This document shows positions 52,701-64,000 of a stretch of DNA of 64,000 bases, one piece after another (position 1 is the stretch's first letter; the number at the start of each line of letters is the position of its first letter). Source of the stretch: Heterodontus francisci (Eukaryota). The notes beneath the pieces were generated by a model. The model was not told where the DNA came from and did no database searches. It was given only the letters and a program-made list of their open reading frames with translations. The translations under genes and the position numbers were made by a program. The DNA is taken from contig NC_090374.1 in NCBI RefSeq assembly GCF_036365525.1, forward strand, positions 138,112,685 through 138,176,684. The letters are read 5' to 3'.

Positions 52701-54080
52701 ACCCTCGCTGGGGCATACTGCAGGCCTCCACCTGATCTATCGAGGCAGTGGAATCTCATCTTCAGCAACCCAATGGCCTGCTGAATGGTTGCTTGGGTAG
52801 AGCCGAGGCAAGTGTTCTCTGCTGCAGTGAGAGGGTTCCTCACAGGGATCAGTAGCCATGCCTTCAATGGATATCCCTTGTCCCCAAGAATCCATCCCCG
52901 AAGGCGAGCAGGGGGCATATAGTCGCTGGTCCTCTTGAACAGGGCATTGGTCACCTTCTTGATACAGATGGGGCTGCTGCTTGGGAGACCCCACACATGT
53001 CCCTGGTGGATCCCTGGAAAGATCCAGACATGTAAATGTTTAGTGCCACGGTGATCTTTAGGGCCACAGGCATAAGGTGACCACCGAGTACTATATGTCG
53101 CAACTCATTCTGCAGCATGGTGCATAAGTCAGTGATGGCCTCCCTAGAGTGTGGCAGCCATCGCTGACACTGCTACTCAGACATTTAGAGGTAGTTGAGT
53201 TGAGTTTGGTATACTCTCTGGAGCAGGTGGACCCTTCTTGGTCTTGGACATGGCCAGCTGCCATCGCTCTCCTTGTGGAGCTTGGTGGGCAGGTGCAGCT
53301 GCCTCCTGGCCCTCCCACTGTCACCGGAGCTGCATCATGCCAATGGTGTCCACAAAGCCAGGGTGTATGAGATCCATGCCAGGTGATCATTAGGCCTCCA
53401 GAGTGCTGTCCTTGCAGAGATGACCTTGCCTTGGCATCTTTGCCTTTGCTACTTGCTTCGGCTTACGTACAAATGGCCCTCAGTGTCCCCTGTTGCTGAG
53501 AGCCAGGCCAACACCCAGAGGTATGGTCCCCCGACTCTATCACCCAGAATTATGGCCACACGACCCTCTCACCCAGTAGTATGTTCACCCGGTACTGCCA
53601 CTGATATCAAGCCCACTCGGCACTGGCACCTGAGAACAAGCCCACCTGGTGCTGCCACCCGATACCAAGCCCCCGTGTAGAGTGCTGCAGGCCCACAATT
53701 GTCTTTCTCCCTGCTCTTACCCTATTGAGTGCTCATCATGGCTGTCTCCCCGTCGCAGCACTGAGGCTTTGCCTCAGCACCGCCATCTTTCAATGGCCGG
53801 GGATCTGAAGGCACGTGGGGGCCGCCCGTCATCCACGTAATTCCAAGCCTCCCATTGAATCACAATCAATTGCACGCTAATGTATTACAATAACCCCTTC
53901 AGTAATTCAAATGGCTGCCCCATCATGCCTGTGCGGCAAAGCCGCATTGGAGCTTTCCTGCCGCTGACTAAATCCGAGACCGGGTCACTACGTTGGATTT
54001 CCGGGCAGGTGCGTCCGATATAATTCTCCGGTCCCCCGAGCTTCCATTCCCACTTCAAACGGTCTCAGAAAATGCTGTTT
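49773..54080. mobile_element. Formerly autonomous PIF/Harbinger transposon: spliced Myb/SANT gene (+) convergent with a transposase (-)
   Basis: Left TIR gggctgaatttt. Myb-like REVLFP...NWVQCRKRVKDL with donor gtgagt at 50356 and acceptor ttgcag at 50656, then DKRTHNARQTSRTGGG. Transposase [28 protein letters not shown]...CCALHN at 52469-52900. Right TIR degraded. Confidence 0.85.
51031..51367 (-). mobile_element. CR1 3' end inserted in the Harbinger Myb gene
   Basis: FRGDVRGRFFTQRVVGVWNALP, with a (TTCTATG)n tail. Confidence 0.9.
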
Positions 54081-54724
54081 TCATTCTCTGACTCGTGGAT
54101 TTCCTGTGTCACTGTTCACCGAAGTAGGAACATAGGGGATAAATATCTATCTTCATCACATAGGCAACATAGCAGAGTAGATTGCTTATCCATACAGAAC
54201 CCTTCCAATTTTCATTCTATTGAATTCAATGTAGTGACAATTGGACAGATTCTAAAATGGGCAGTTAATCTGTTCTGCCAGATTACTGGCCATATAGTGA
54301 AGACAAAAATTTATATTGCATGCTATCTCTCATGCTCATCTTTGTTTGGATTCGTGCTTCTTTATCCGTTCCTCTATTGTTGCGGTCTTTCTAACTTTCT
54401 CAAGTTTGTTGCTTCTTTCTCTTCATTTGTCTTTTTGTTTTGGGTTGTGGGTGAGAGATGGTGTATGGTGAGGTGTGTGAGGGAAAGTGAGGTAGCAAGG
54501 CCATTCTTGGTGTTGGGTTTGGGGTTCTGGGTAGTGGTAGAAAATAAAGTAGCATAAGAGGCCAGAAAATTGTAGATGGGATATGTTGGGTGTGCTGAGG
54601 GATCCAGCCAAGCATTCAAGGCTATTTTGGATCAGGTGTGGGTAGGAATCCAGACAGAGTGAAAAGTGGCTTTCAAGTCATGGGGGCATGTATTCAGCTA
54701 GAGTGCAGGGAGGCCGAGGAAGGC

Positions 54725-55103
54725 AATATGAAGGTGTTCAAAATCATGGGGGATCTGGACAGAATAGATAGGGAGAAACTGTTCCCATTAATGGAAGGTT
54801 CAAGAACCAGAGGACACTAATTATAGATGAATAGCAAAAGAACCAAAGGTGACATGAGGAAAAATTTATTTTTGCAAAGCGTATAGTTAGGATCTGGGAG
54901 GCACTGCCTGAGGGGATAGTGGAGGCAGATTCAAACGTGGCTTTCAAAAGGGAATTGAATAATTATCTGAAGATAAAATGTATGCAGGGCTACAGGGAAA
55001 AGGCAGGGGAGTGGAACTAGCTGAGTTGCTCTTGTAGAGAGCGGCATAGACACAACAGGCCGAATGGCCTCCTTCTGTGCTGTAACCATTCTATGATTCT
55101 ATG
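54725..55103 (+). mobile_element. CR1 3' end
   Basis: KVFKIMGDLDRIDREKLFPLMEGSRTRGH, tail attctatgattctatg. Confidence 0.85.
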
Positions 55104-56289
55104 AAAGGAATGGATTTCCAGCTGTTTTGCTGCACATCTATTGTGCAGTGCGATGCTCTGCCAGCTCATCTCACCTAATGCCTTGCTTTCTCTGCTGCTG
55201 CTTCATAGTAGCCCCATAATATTGTGACACCTATCCATTCGTCTTCTGACCATCCCATCATAATATTCTTTCCTAGCTTCACTTTATTATTGCCTTATGC
55301 CACTTTCTTCAATGTCTGCTGTTTCACAAACACTCATTTCCAATATGGAATTCTATTACCCACCTCCACTGGCTGCATCCTGTCACATTCCCAATTCTAC
55401 AGAATGTCTTGCCCTTTTCACTCTGCATCTACTGCGGCAACACCTCTCTGACCATTATCTCATCCTGTTAAATCCCTCCCTACCCTGTATTCACTTTGTG
55501 AGCCCAGGTTATTCCATGACTGCTGCATTCTTCAAATGATGCATTCTGAAAACTGCGAATCTGGCAGCTTTTTTAAAAAAGCTAAAACCCCTCAGACTCT
55601 ATCATGTTCTGCCTTTCGTTACCAGTCATATGTATTGCATTGATTCCCTCCAGCTACTAGCTTACGTCTATCAATTTAATCCCTATGGTTGCTATATCCT
55701 GATTCCACCTCTCTCCCTAGTTATCTATATATATTGACAAAAAAGAAATTTCTTACAACTGCATACACTTCCTGCATCATACTTTCTTACTAGCATATTT
55801 AAAAAAAAATTCTTGTCATACTTGCGATACTTAGTGATAACTGAAGTCACTCCTGAAGTAACAACTGTTTAAATTACTTTTAATGGAGTCACTTTGTCAT
55901 TGTTGTTAAAATTTCTATTTTAGCTGCCATTACCTTTTAGTCCTTCCCTACTGGCGGCATCTGTTATCTCTTCTCTGTTACCTCTTCTCTGTTACCCCAT
56001 CACTTCCCATTCCACCTGCCACTCACCATTGCTTCTCACTCCTTTTTCTCAATAAGCCTTTTGTCCTGCCCCCCCCATTCATTTCCATACCCTCACCCAA
56101 TCCACCTTCCTTGATTGACAATCCCCATTATATCATGACTCATCATTTCTTCTTTCCATCCTGGATCTGCGATACTATCTCCAGCAGCATGATTAAAGGG
56201 TATAAGTAGCAGAATAGTAGACTGATTTTTGAAACCGGGTCTGCAATAGTGAGAAGCTCTGAAGTGGAGTAGGGGTAGATTGTTGGAAC

Positions 56290-56442
56290 ACAAAGTAGGA
56301 AGTTAGTGAGAAGGTGGGTTGCAGGGCTATGGGGAAAAGGCAGGGGAGTGGCACTAGATGAGTTACTCTTGCAGAGTGCCAACATGAAGATGACGGGCTG
56401 AATGGTCTCCTTTTGTGCTGTAACCATTCAATGATTCGTGAT
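56290..56442 (+). mobile_element. Short CR1 3' tail
   Basis: gcagggctatggggaaaaggcaggggagtgg...tgtgctgtaaccattc, homologous to 54985-55100. Confidence 0.75.
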
Positions 56443-58239
56443 ATTTGTTTAGCGGGTAATTTTTGGAATGGGCCTGTAACAGTAGAAAGTCTTGAAGAGC
56501 AATGGAACTAGATTTTGGAGTGAAGGTCCTGCAGGACTAGCGAATGGAAGTGGGCCTGTTGGATCAAGCAGCAGCAATATGGGGCCAGATGTTATGCTGG
56601 TCTTTTGGTGAATGGCAGGAGGAACACTGGGGGTGCAGCCCACAGGAGAGCTGGGGAAAATTTGAGTAAAATTGTGCGCCAAGGAAAAGGTGAAAGGTGT
56701 GGGAAGGATAGAAATTCCATTAAATAGAAATTTGAAATGCACTTACCTGACTTGGGAAATGGCTAAAAGGTGAAATAACAAGTGGGTGGAATTAGGTGAC
56801 ATGTCAACACTAAGAAAGTACTAAAGCAATGACAGGTATAATGTGAGAGATTTATTAACTTCTACTGAACAGCTTCTACATATACAGTTTGGTTCGGGGG
56901 TGGGGACGGGGTGTAGTGGTGGTGAAGATTGCCAAGTGTATGCAAGAAATAAGTTTCACAAGAAAATATCTTGATACTATAACAATGATATAAATTGAAA
57001 AAGAAGATATTTTCAATGTGATTTTATTCACCATCTCAAACTATACTTACAAAACTTAAAATAATTTTCTTAAAAGCACCTGAACTGGCACCTGAACTGT
57101 TGAGCAGCGAATGCTTGCTTTGGAATGTTCAAAATAATAATAAAAAATTGTAGATGGCAGCAGGAAAAATTGTTTTCACTATATTTTTGTGCGAAGTACA
57201 ACACAACACCAGACAATAGTGAAGACTGAAGAACAATTTCTAATTCTCAGACTTTGGCCAGATTTATTTTTAAGGTACAGAAATGTTGCTGCAATCTTCA
57301 AAGAGTTACTGCATGAAAATGTGAGATGAGGCTGACAAAGCCCATGAGTAATGCCTTTAGAAAGACATTATGAACATTTAAAAGCCTTCTATTCTTCTTT
57401 TGAAGAAAACACAGCTGCAAAACACAAGTAGTTTATGGAGTACATACGACAGTCAATCTTGGACTGATTTCATGACTGCTTGCTATTTAAGCACTAACAC
57501 TTGGAGATTCACATAGGCTTCCAAGACATCCAGTCTTCAGCAGGGAAACTGTTTACTGCTCTTTGTTGAAAAGGCATGTTGGCTATGGAGCTGTTCTCGC
57601 CTGGTACAGCCAATTTAAACTAAACTGACAAGTTTAAGACTGCACATTGAGATAGATAAATGTCACTATTGTTTGGTACCAGATTGAGCTGAAAGTTCAG
57701 TGACCATGGCTACAGCTCTTTAAATCATTCTAAACAAACTGGAACAGCAAGGTAGTGAACTGCAGGAGATGGTGACTGTTAGAACTGGCTTCCCACAGCC
57801 ACCTGATATTATGAAATAAACCAAAACTGATGAAGCAGCACCATTGTGCTCTTTTTAATGCATTTTGTTGAGACAACTAAGGATGATTAAAATTTTTGTC
57901 CGTGCATGGGTTGTAAAGCTCATCTCTAAACTAATAAACTGTTGAAAGACATACATCTTCCCAAGCTCAACATTGTGTGATTTGCTGTGCACGGGAACTA
58001 TAATTTTGTATTTATATGGCTATAATTTTCATGAGGTGAACAAATGACTAAAATTCAACTATTGATTATAAAATAAGTAAAGGATTTACCATTGTAGTCG
58101 ATCAGATATCAAAATTCCTAAGCGATCACAATATAAGTTATCTGGACCAGACCACATGGAAAGTAATCTCAGTATCATTACCAAATTTCTTGGTTTTAGT
58201 TTTTTTTTTAAATCACCTAAATTCTGTTCATAGAATTAT

Positions 58240-59705
58240 GGGCTGTGAAATTGGGTTCCCTAATACCACTGGTGGCGATGCTCCAGAAGTCCTGATGTGA
58301 AAAAATTATGTGGGCAGCTCATCAGGCCACGATGGCATGGCCCGTGCGGTGCCCCCATGCTGGGAAGAGTGCTAGTGCAGGGCATGCTCTGCATGCGCCA
58401 GAAGCTTTTGCAGTGGGCAGATCGTGATGTCAAACAGATGTTCCAGTTGATTTGACACGTTTTGGAAACTTGGACTGCGCAGATCCAGGGAATACCTGTG
58501 CTAATTACACATAGCTGAACAAAGGCAATTAGGGATGGGCAATAAATACTGGCCTAGCCATAGACGCCCACATCCCATGAATGAATCAAAAAAAAGCGGT
58601 CAGCTGCACAAGGAACCCACCCCCAACTAGCGCTATTCAAAGGCCCAATCATCCAACTTGCAGGCGAAATGTTTTTGACTTACTTCTGCTCTGACAGAGT
58701 TTATGGAAATACGATGGAGTGTTTACAGAAGTGTTGTGGTGAGTTTCTGGATTTGGCAGTGAGTGTTGCTGCATCCAAACAGGGAGAGCAGAGATGTTTT
58801 GTCACCTGTCCATACAAAGACTGCAGCAGTTCTGGGGGCGTAGTTACAATGCCTCGGGATCTGCAACATGACAGAGAAATGGAATAGAGGCTACAAAGAG
58901 AGGAAGCTCCATGCAGAGGGAGGAGGAGGAGAGTTCTGCACGGAAGGCCCTACACACCAAGGGTCTTCAGGGAGCACTTTACTTACCTCCACCTCAGCTC
59001 GGAGCAATGCTTGAAGCACCTGAGATTCACCAAGAACTGTGCCACCTCCTTTAGCAGGAACTGCAGCTTCACAGCAGGCCAAGGGCAACACTGCCAGTGG
59101 CCATCGCGGTCACCATCGCTCTAAACTTCTACACGACCAGACCCTTCCAGGCAGGAGCAGGCAATCTTATGAACATATCCCAGAATGCCAGCCATCACTG
59201 TATCTGAGAGGTGATGGAGGCCCTGTATGTGAGGAAAGCAAGTTCATCATTTTCTCTGTAACTGGAGAGAAGCAGAATGAGTGGGCAAGTAACTTTGCCA
59301 GGATAGTGGAATTCCCAATGATGCAGGGAGCCACCGACTGCCGCACATGGCTCTGCAGGCTCCACATGTCAATGGGGCAATGTACTGGAACTGTAAAGGG
59401 TTCTTCTCTATTAATGTACAGTTGGTGTGTGTCCATGCCCAAACCATCATTTTGGTGAATGGCCGCTATTCTGGCAGCAGACACAATGCCTTCATCCTGA
59501 AGCGGTTTGCCATTCCTACCACTTTTGGATCACCACAAACCAGTGGCTGGCTGCTTGGAAACAAGGAATACTTCTGTACACATGGCTGATGACCGCTTGC
59601 CGCTCTCTTTCCGCCACCTGACCGCACAAGGACAATGGGCATGCAATGAGAGCCATGTTGCTGCTGGAAACATAGTGGAGCAGACCACTGCCATTCTTAA
59701 GCAGA
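58240..59705 (+). mobile_element. Decayed Harbinger (HARBI1-like) transposase fragment
   Basis: RPYTPRVFREHFTYLHLSSEQCL, QGATDC, KGFFSINVQLVC, GSRHNAFIL, GWLLGNK, HVAAGNIVEQT. An LF-SINE/LINE-D-type tail is inserted at ~58521-58595. Confidence 0.8.
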
Positions 59706-60285
59706 TGGGGAAAAAAGGTTCTTCAACAGTAGAACGGTCGTAGTCTAATCCAGAAGTCAGAATTGTTGCTTTCCTACTCCAGCTATAAATTTCTACAATT
59801 AACAACTTGCAAACACTTTTTAATGAATCAATTTGGCTTTTTAGAATTTTTTGAGGGATAAAAGATTGTAGCAGTCTAACTTCCCTTCCTTCAGTTTAAA
59901 TAATCAGAGATCTCTGTTTTGGCTTGAATTTTTTTTAGAATTTTGAGAATAACAAATAAACAGACTAAATTCTCTTCCTTCCATTTAAATGGGCTGAGAG
60001 TTCTTCTTTTAGGTGCTAACACACATCTGTCTGTCTGTGTCTCCTGTTAGAACAGACTGTTTACACTATCAGCCAGTTCAAAATTGAATTGTAACAATTG
60101 TATCTCTCAATGCTCAGTCTGAGTGGCTGTATCCAAGGCAACGAGAATGCACCATTTGAATCACAGTCTCTGAATGGCTGTGTCCAAGGCAATGAGAACG
60201 TACTCTTTGACTCAGTCTTTAGAGCTTGCTGCCTTAAAGGCACACTGCATTCTTCCCGGAAAAATAAAACTACAGGATCATAACA
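59706..60285 (-). mobile_element. Probable LTR fragment with an internal ~51-bp tandem duplication
   Basis: Minus strand starts tgttatgatcc. Two copies of tggctgt.tccaaggcaa.gagaa at ~60120-60210. It truncates the Harbinger relic. Confidence 0.5.
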
Positions 60286-61289
60286 CAATTAATGGGTAGA
60301 AATTTAGTCCAACTGACTGTGCATGAGGCCAATTTTATTTAAACTGACAAAAGCCAAATCTACAATTTTTTTAGTATGAGAATCCAAAGTAAAGTGCCCA
60401 GACCTATAGTGCAGTACACCATCAAGTTTGATAGGCAGAAGAGGAAGTAAGTCAGGAAATTATGATTAGATGATGCTAGTCTTAAATTTTATGTTGCATG
60501 GAGAAGATTAAAATCTAAAGTCTGAGCAACTGCACTGCAAGGGCATAGAGGTTGTGTTTACTGAGGGCGTGTTATCTGAAAGAAGTTGATGTAGAATAAG
60601 TTCATCAGCAGAAGTATATATTGTTGACTGATGAACAGAGAAAATTATTGAAAAGAGTGGGAGAAAGGACTGAACTGTTCGAAATCCCTGTGTTCATAAA
60701 AAAAGGGTCAGAGAATGAGCCATCAATTATACCACAGATCAGAATGCTGTGAGAGGAAGCTAGATAGTCATGAAGACAACTTTGGTGAGCTGAAATATGA
60801 TGGTAACTTGATTAAAAGTGTATTGTGCCAGAACAGGTCAAAGAATACATAGCAAATGTTGAGATTTCACGCTGACAGGGTTCTGGGAGCCCTGTCTGTG
60901 TGTCAGTGTTTGCTTTCAGTGCTGCGCCTATGAGAAACCTGTTATGAATCAATGTGATTTTGGCCAATACAAACCACAGGGTGGAATGAACATGAGTTAT
61001 CTCCACGAAAGGCCAGAGTCCTTTCCATTAACAACAGAAATCAAGCAGGTCAGACAACAAGGGGTGAGGAAAGGGGGAGATTGACTGCATTGAAGAAGGA
61101 AGTGTTTTTGTTGTTGAAAGGGAAGATGAAGTGGATTGGACTGGATGGGAAGGGAAAGTCAAGTAAGACAGGAAGGTCAGAAGGTAGTGAGCAGTGGTTT
61201 GGGGGTGGAATAGGGAGAAGCAGGAGTGACACTTTTGAGAAGGAGGAAAAGGAGTGCGCGAGAATTAACTGAGGAAGTGAAGAGGGAAT

Positions 61290-61570
61290 TACATAGAATA
61301 TACAGCACAGAAACAGGTCATTTGGACCAACCAGTCCATGCCAGTGTTATTGCTTCACTTGCACCTCCTCCCATCCTTCCTCATCTAACTCTATCAGCTT
61401 AACCCTCTATTTCATTCTCCCTCAGATGTTTATCTAGTTTCCCCTTAAATGCATCTATACTGTTCACCATGTGGTAGCAATTTCCACATTTTCATCATTC
61501 TGTTGATAAAGAAGTTTCCTCTGAATTCCCTATTTGATTTCTTGCTAACTATCTTACATTGATGGCCTCT
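61290..61570 (-). mobile_element. Degraded CR1 3' end
   Basis: catagaatatacagcacagaaacagg tail, plus an FRGNFFINRM-like reading on the minus strand. Confidence 0.7.
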
Positions 61571-63314
61571 AGATGTGCTCAGAGTGCCAATGTTCACTGA
61601 AGTTTGTGGGGGGAATAAACTTTCCAGAGGAACTTAACTTAATTGTTGTCATGTTAACATACAAATTACGTGATGGGTCATTGCACTGTGAAATCGATTT
61701 TAACTGCCTGCGCCCAGCAGAAACTGGCAGGAGGGCAGTTGAAATGAGACCCTTACTGTTGTCACTATTCTTCCTGTAGAGTCCTGATTTTAACCTGATC
61801 TTTTGAGCAGGAGAACAGGACACTCACAAAGAGGAAGTGCGGCCCTTCTTTAAATACACATATCAGGTATAATGTTATCATTGGTGCCCAATTTGCAATT
61901 TTAGTTTGAGGGCCTGAACAGGGGAACAATAATGGCTTACTCATCAGGGCCAGTCCTGCTGAGAGTGGGATTCTGGACTAGAGGAAACCCAGCAGGTAAA
62001 TCTGAAAAATTTGTTTGAAGTTTTCCTTGTGGACTTGGAGGAGTAGGAATGCTTCACCAGGCCTCAAAAGGAGGCTTTGGGCCTGCCTTGCCGCGGGCTC
62101 TGCCACTTTCCTCAATTGCGGCCAGAAAGCCCTTCCCCTGTCCAGAAGCCCCTCCTCTTCCTGATGACCTTCAGAGCCCACCCCCATGGACTATTCACAC
62201 ATGACCTCTGCTGCAGCCTTCTGCCGCTGAACTTACGTTCCCACCTGCAGGCCAGGGATTGGATATGGCTAGGTTCAACAAGGATTCCTGAAAAATTCAT
62301 GTAAATCAGACCCAGCCATTAAGGTCAGCTGGGCCTCCTCCTGGACTGCCTGGGTTACTTGTCCATTTCTGGCATTACATGTCTCCTTCCCCGTCCTCTG
62401 TCTAAAACAGCAGCCAGTGTGTTTTTAAACAAATGAAAGAAAAGTTTGGTAAAATCTGTGTCATGAACGAGGTGCTCTTTTCTAACCAGTTCTTTGCATT
62501 TCTAAGAAAGAGCTGGTCTCAAACATTGCAACATCCTGCCCGTTTACAGCCGTCGCTGAAAGTTAAAAGCTGCCCTTGTCCACATTTTCTGTCATTTCTG
62601 CTTCAGTTTCCAGAACTTTATTTCTGGAAACAAGGGTCCAACATTGTAAAAAAAATCAAATATCCACAAGTTAAATAATTAGAGGTACTATGGATTGTCA
62701 GGCTTATGTTCCTTTTCACTGAATTTGCATGAAGACAGCAAAATCAGTTCTCTCTTGAGGGTTGCCTGATGTTTTAAGCTGCTTCTGAATCCTGTGGCAG
62801 CTGCCATTTTCAGCCCCTCCCAGCGATGAGCTCCTGAACTCAGGCAGCAACACCATCAATTGCCTACTGAAAATATGAAAATGTGCCTGACTGAGGAACA
62901 TTCACTGGGGGGTCAGCACTGATGGCCTCAGGCAGGAAAAAGACCTACCCCACCTATCTTCTGCTGTGGATTGCACAAGGGAGGAAAAAACCAGCTTGTA
63001 TCTCCTGTCTGTATTTGAATAAATTTCCCTACATGAGGTTTTTTGGAAAAATATTTAACTAATTCTGGTTAAGACCTCCTCAGTTGAAATTCAAACAGTT
63101 GTTTCTTATTTTTACAAGTACAGCGTACAAGAAAAAAGTTGCATGTAAATAGACTTGAATTTTGCAGAACCGAGGTTTGCCATTATTGACTGGGAAGGAA
63201 AACGGGAAATTGTAAACAGTTTGCAACAGGATATTGTAGAACTTTGCATCCATCGACAAGATTTTCTGTGTGAATTTGAGTGTGCTTTTGCTGTTAGTGT
63301 TCCTTATTTCTTAC

Positions 63315-63496
63315 CTTGGACATGGATGCTGCTGGGTTGTGCTGAAGAGGCTGTGATTGGTGGGTAGGGTTTGAGGTGGGATCCTGAAAACTGCTGTATT
63401 TGGGGTGGCTGTGGTGTCCTTCTGTGCATCAAGGGAGGAGGTGCTGCAATTCTCCTGGGACTGATGTGATGAGGAGAAGGAGCTGAGGCTGCAAAT
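63315..63496 (-). CDS. GLIS3: GLIS3 internal coding exon (equivalent of human exon 9), 182 nt
   Basis: Translates (R)FAASAPSPHHISPRRIAAPPPLMHRRTPQPPQIQQFSGSHLKPYPPITASSAQPSSIHVQ(G), matching the recalled human GLIS3 segment RFAPSAPSPHHISPRR...GSHLKSY...GIHVHG. Acceptor tttgtctggcAG, donor CAAG|GTAAGA, phase 2 to phase 1. Confidence 0.93.
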
Positions 63497-64000
63497 CTGC
63501 CAGACAAATCAGAATTGACACAATGGCATAAATTGACAGTATCACAGTACAAAATTGTCCCTTATATATGAGGGACCCAATTCCCGTTTAACATGGATTT
63601 TAAAAAGAATCATGGGGTATCTTTACTACATTCATTTGTGCTAAAAGTCAAAAGATATCAAAAACAGAACACGCAGCCCTTAGATTTCACATTTGGTTGA
63701 GCATCTATGAAACAATTGCAAGTTATTTTGCACTGCAAGAGAATGGTTTCATTTAGTAGTACTTTATGACATTTAACATAGTTCATGAATTACTTATTGA
63801 GTTCCTGGCCTGCTGACATTGGTGACTATAGCCATTATTAATAGTCCCACTTGCCCTATAAATGGTTGTGTTGGACAGCTTTCAATCTATGTTTGAGTTT
63901 CTCCATTAATCAGAATTTTCCACTGGAAAACTGCAAAACTATTGCTGCTTAAAAAGAACAGTCAATAGTGTTTGACACCACATGGATGCTGTTTCAAAGT

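Larger units (their letters stand above)
9498..63314 (-). other. GLIS3: GLIS3 intron (53,817 bp, GT-AG, phase 1), TE-rich
   Basis: Bounded by the GT at 63314 and the AG at 9499-9498. The flanking exons splice in frame. Confidence 0.88.

Noticed and set aside
52469-52996. Host HARBI1 gene
   Set aside because: Internally deleted and frameshifted, inside a TIR-bearing element with its Myb partner, and one of several relics.
60113-60215. CRISPR-like repeat
   Set aside because: Only two adjacent imperfect copies with no unique spacers, in a eukaryotic LTR-like context.

Overview
Vertebrate genomic DNA, almost certainly from a cartilaginous fish (shark-type HE1/V-SINEs, DeuSINE, LF-SINE, abundant CR1). 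The only host gene I can support is GLIS3 on the minus strand. Two coding exons are visible, 63315-63496 and 9315-9497, equivalent to the last internal exons of human GLIS3. They are joined by a 53.8-kb phase-1 intron, and the terminal exon is not found, so it probably lies left of the window. The rest is intronic and dominated by decayed transposons: CR1, L2 and RTE LINEs, three SINE families, hAT and PIF/Harbinger DNA elements and MITEs, a Ty1/copia relic and solo LTRs, including a four-level nested stack at ~17.9-34.2 kb. The most unusual feature is a 101-bp Penelope-derived insert with a 13-bp TSD just upstream of a GLIS3 acceptor. It carries a minimal hammerhead ribozyme motif and a cryptic 3' splice site in the sense orientation. 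I found no convincing wholly new protein-coding system. All family assignments come from recalled motifs, not database searches.
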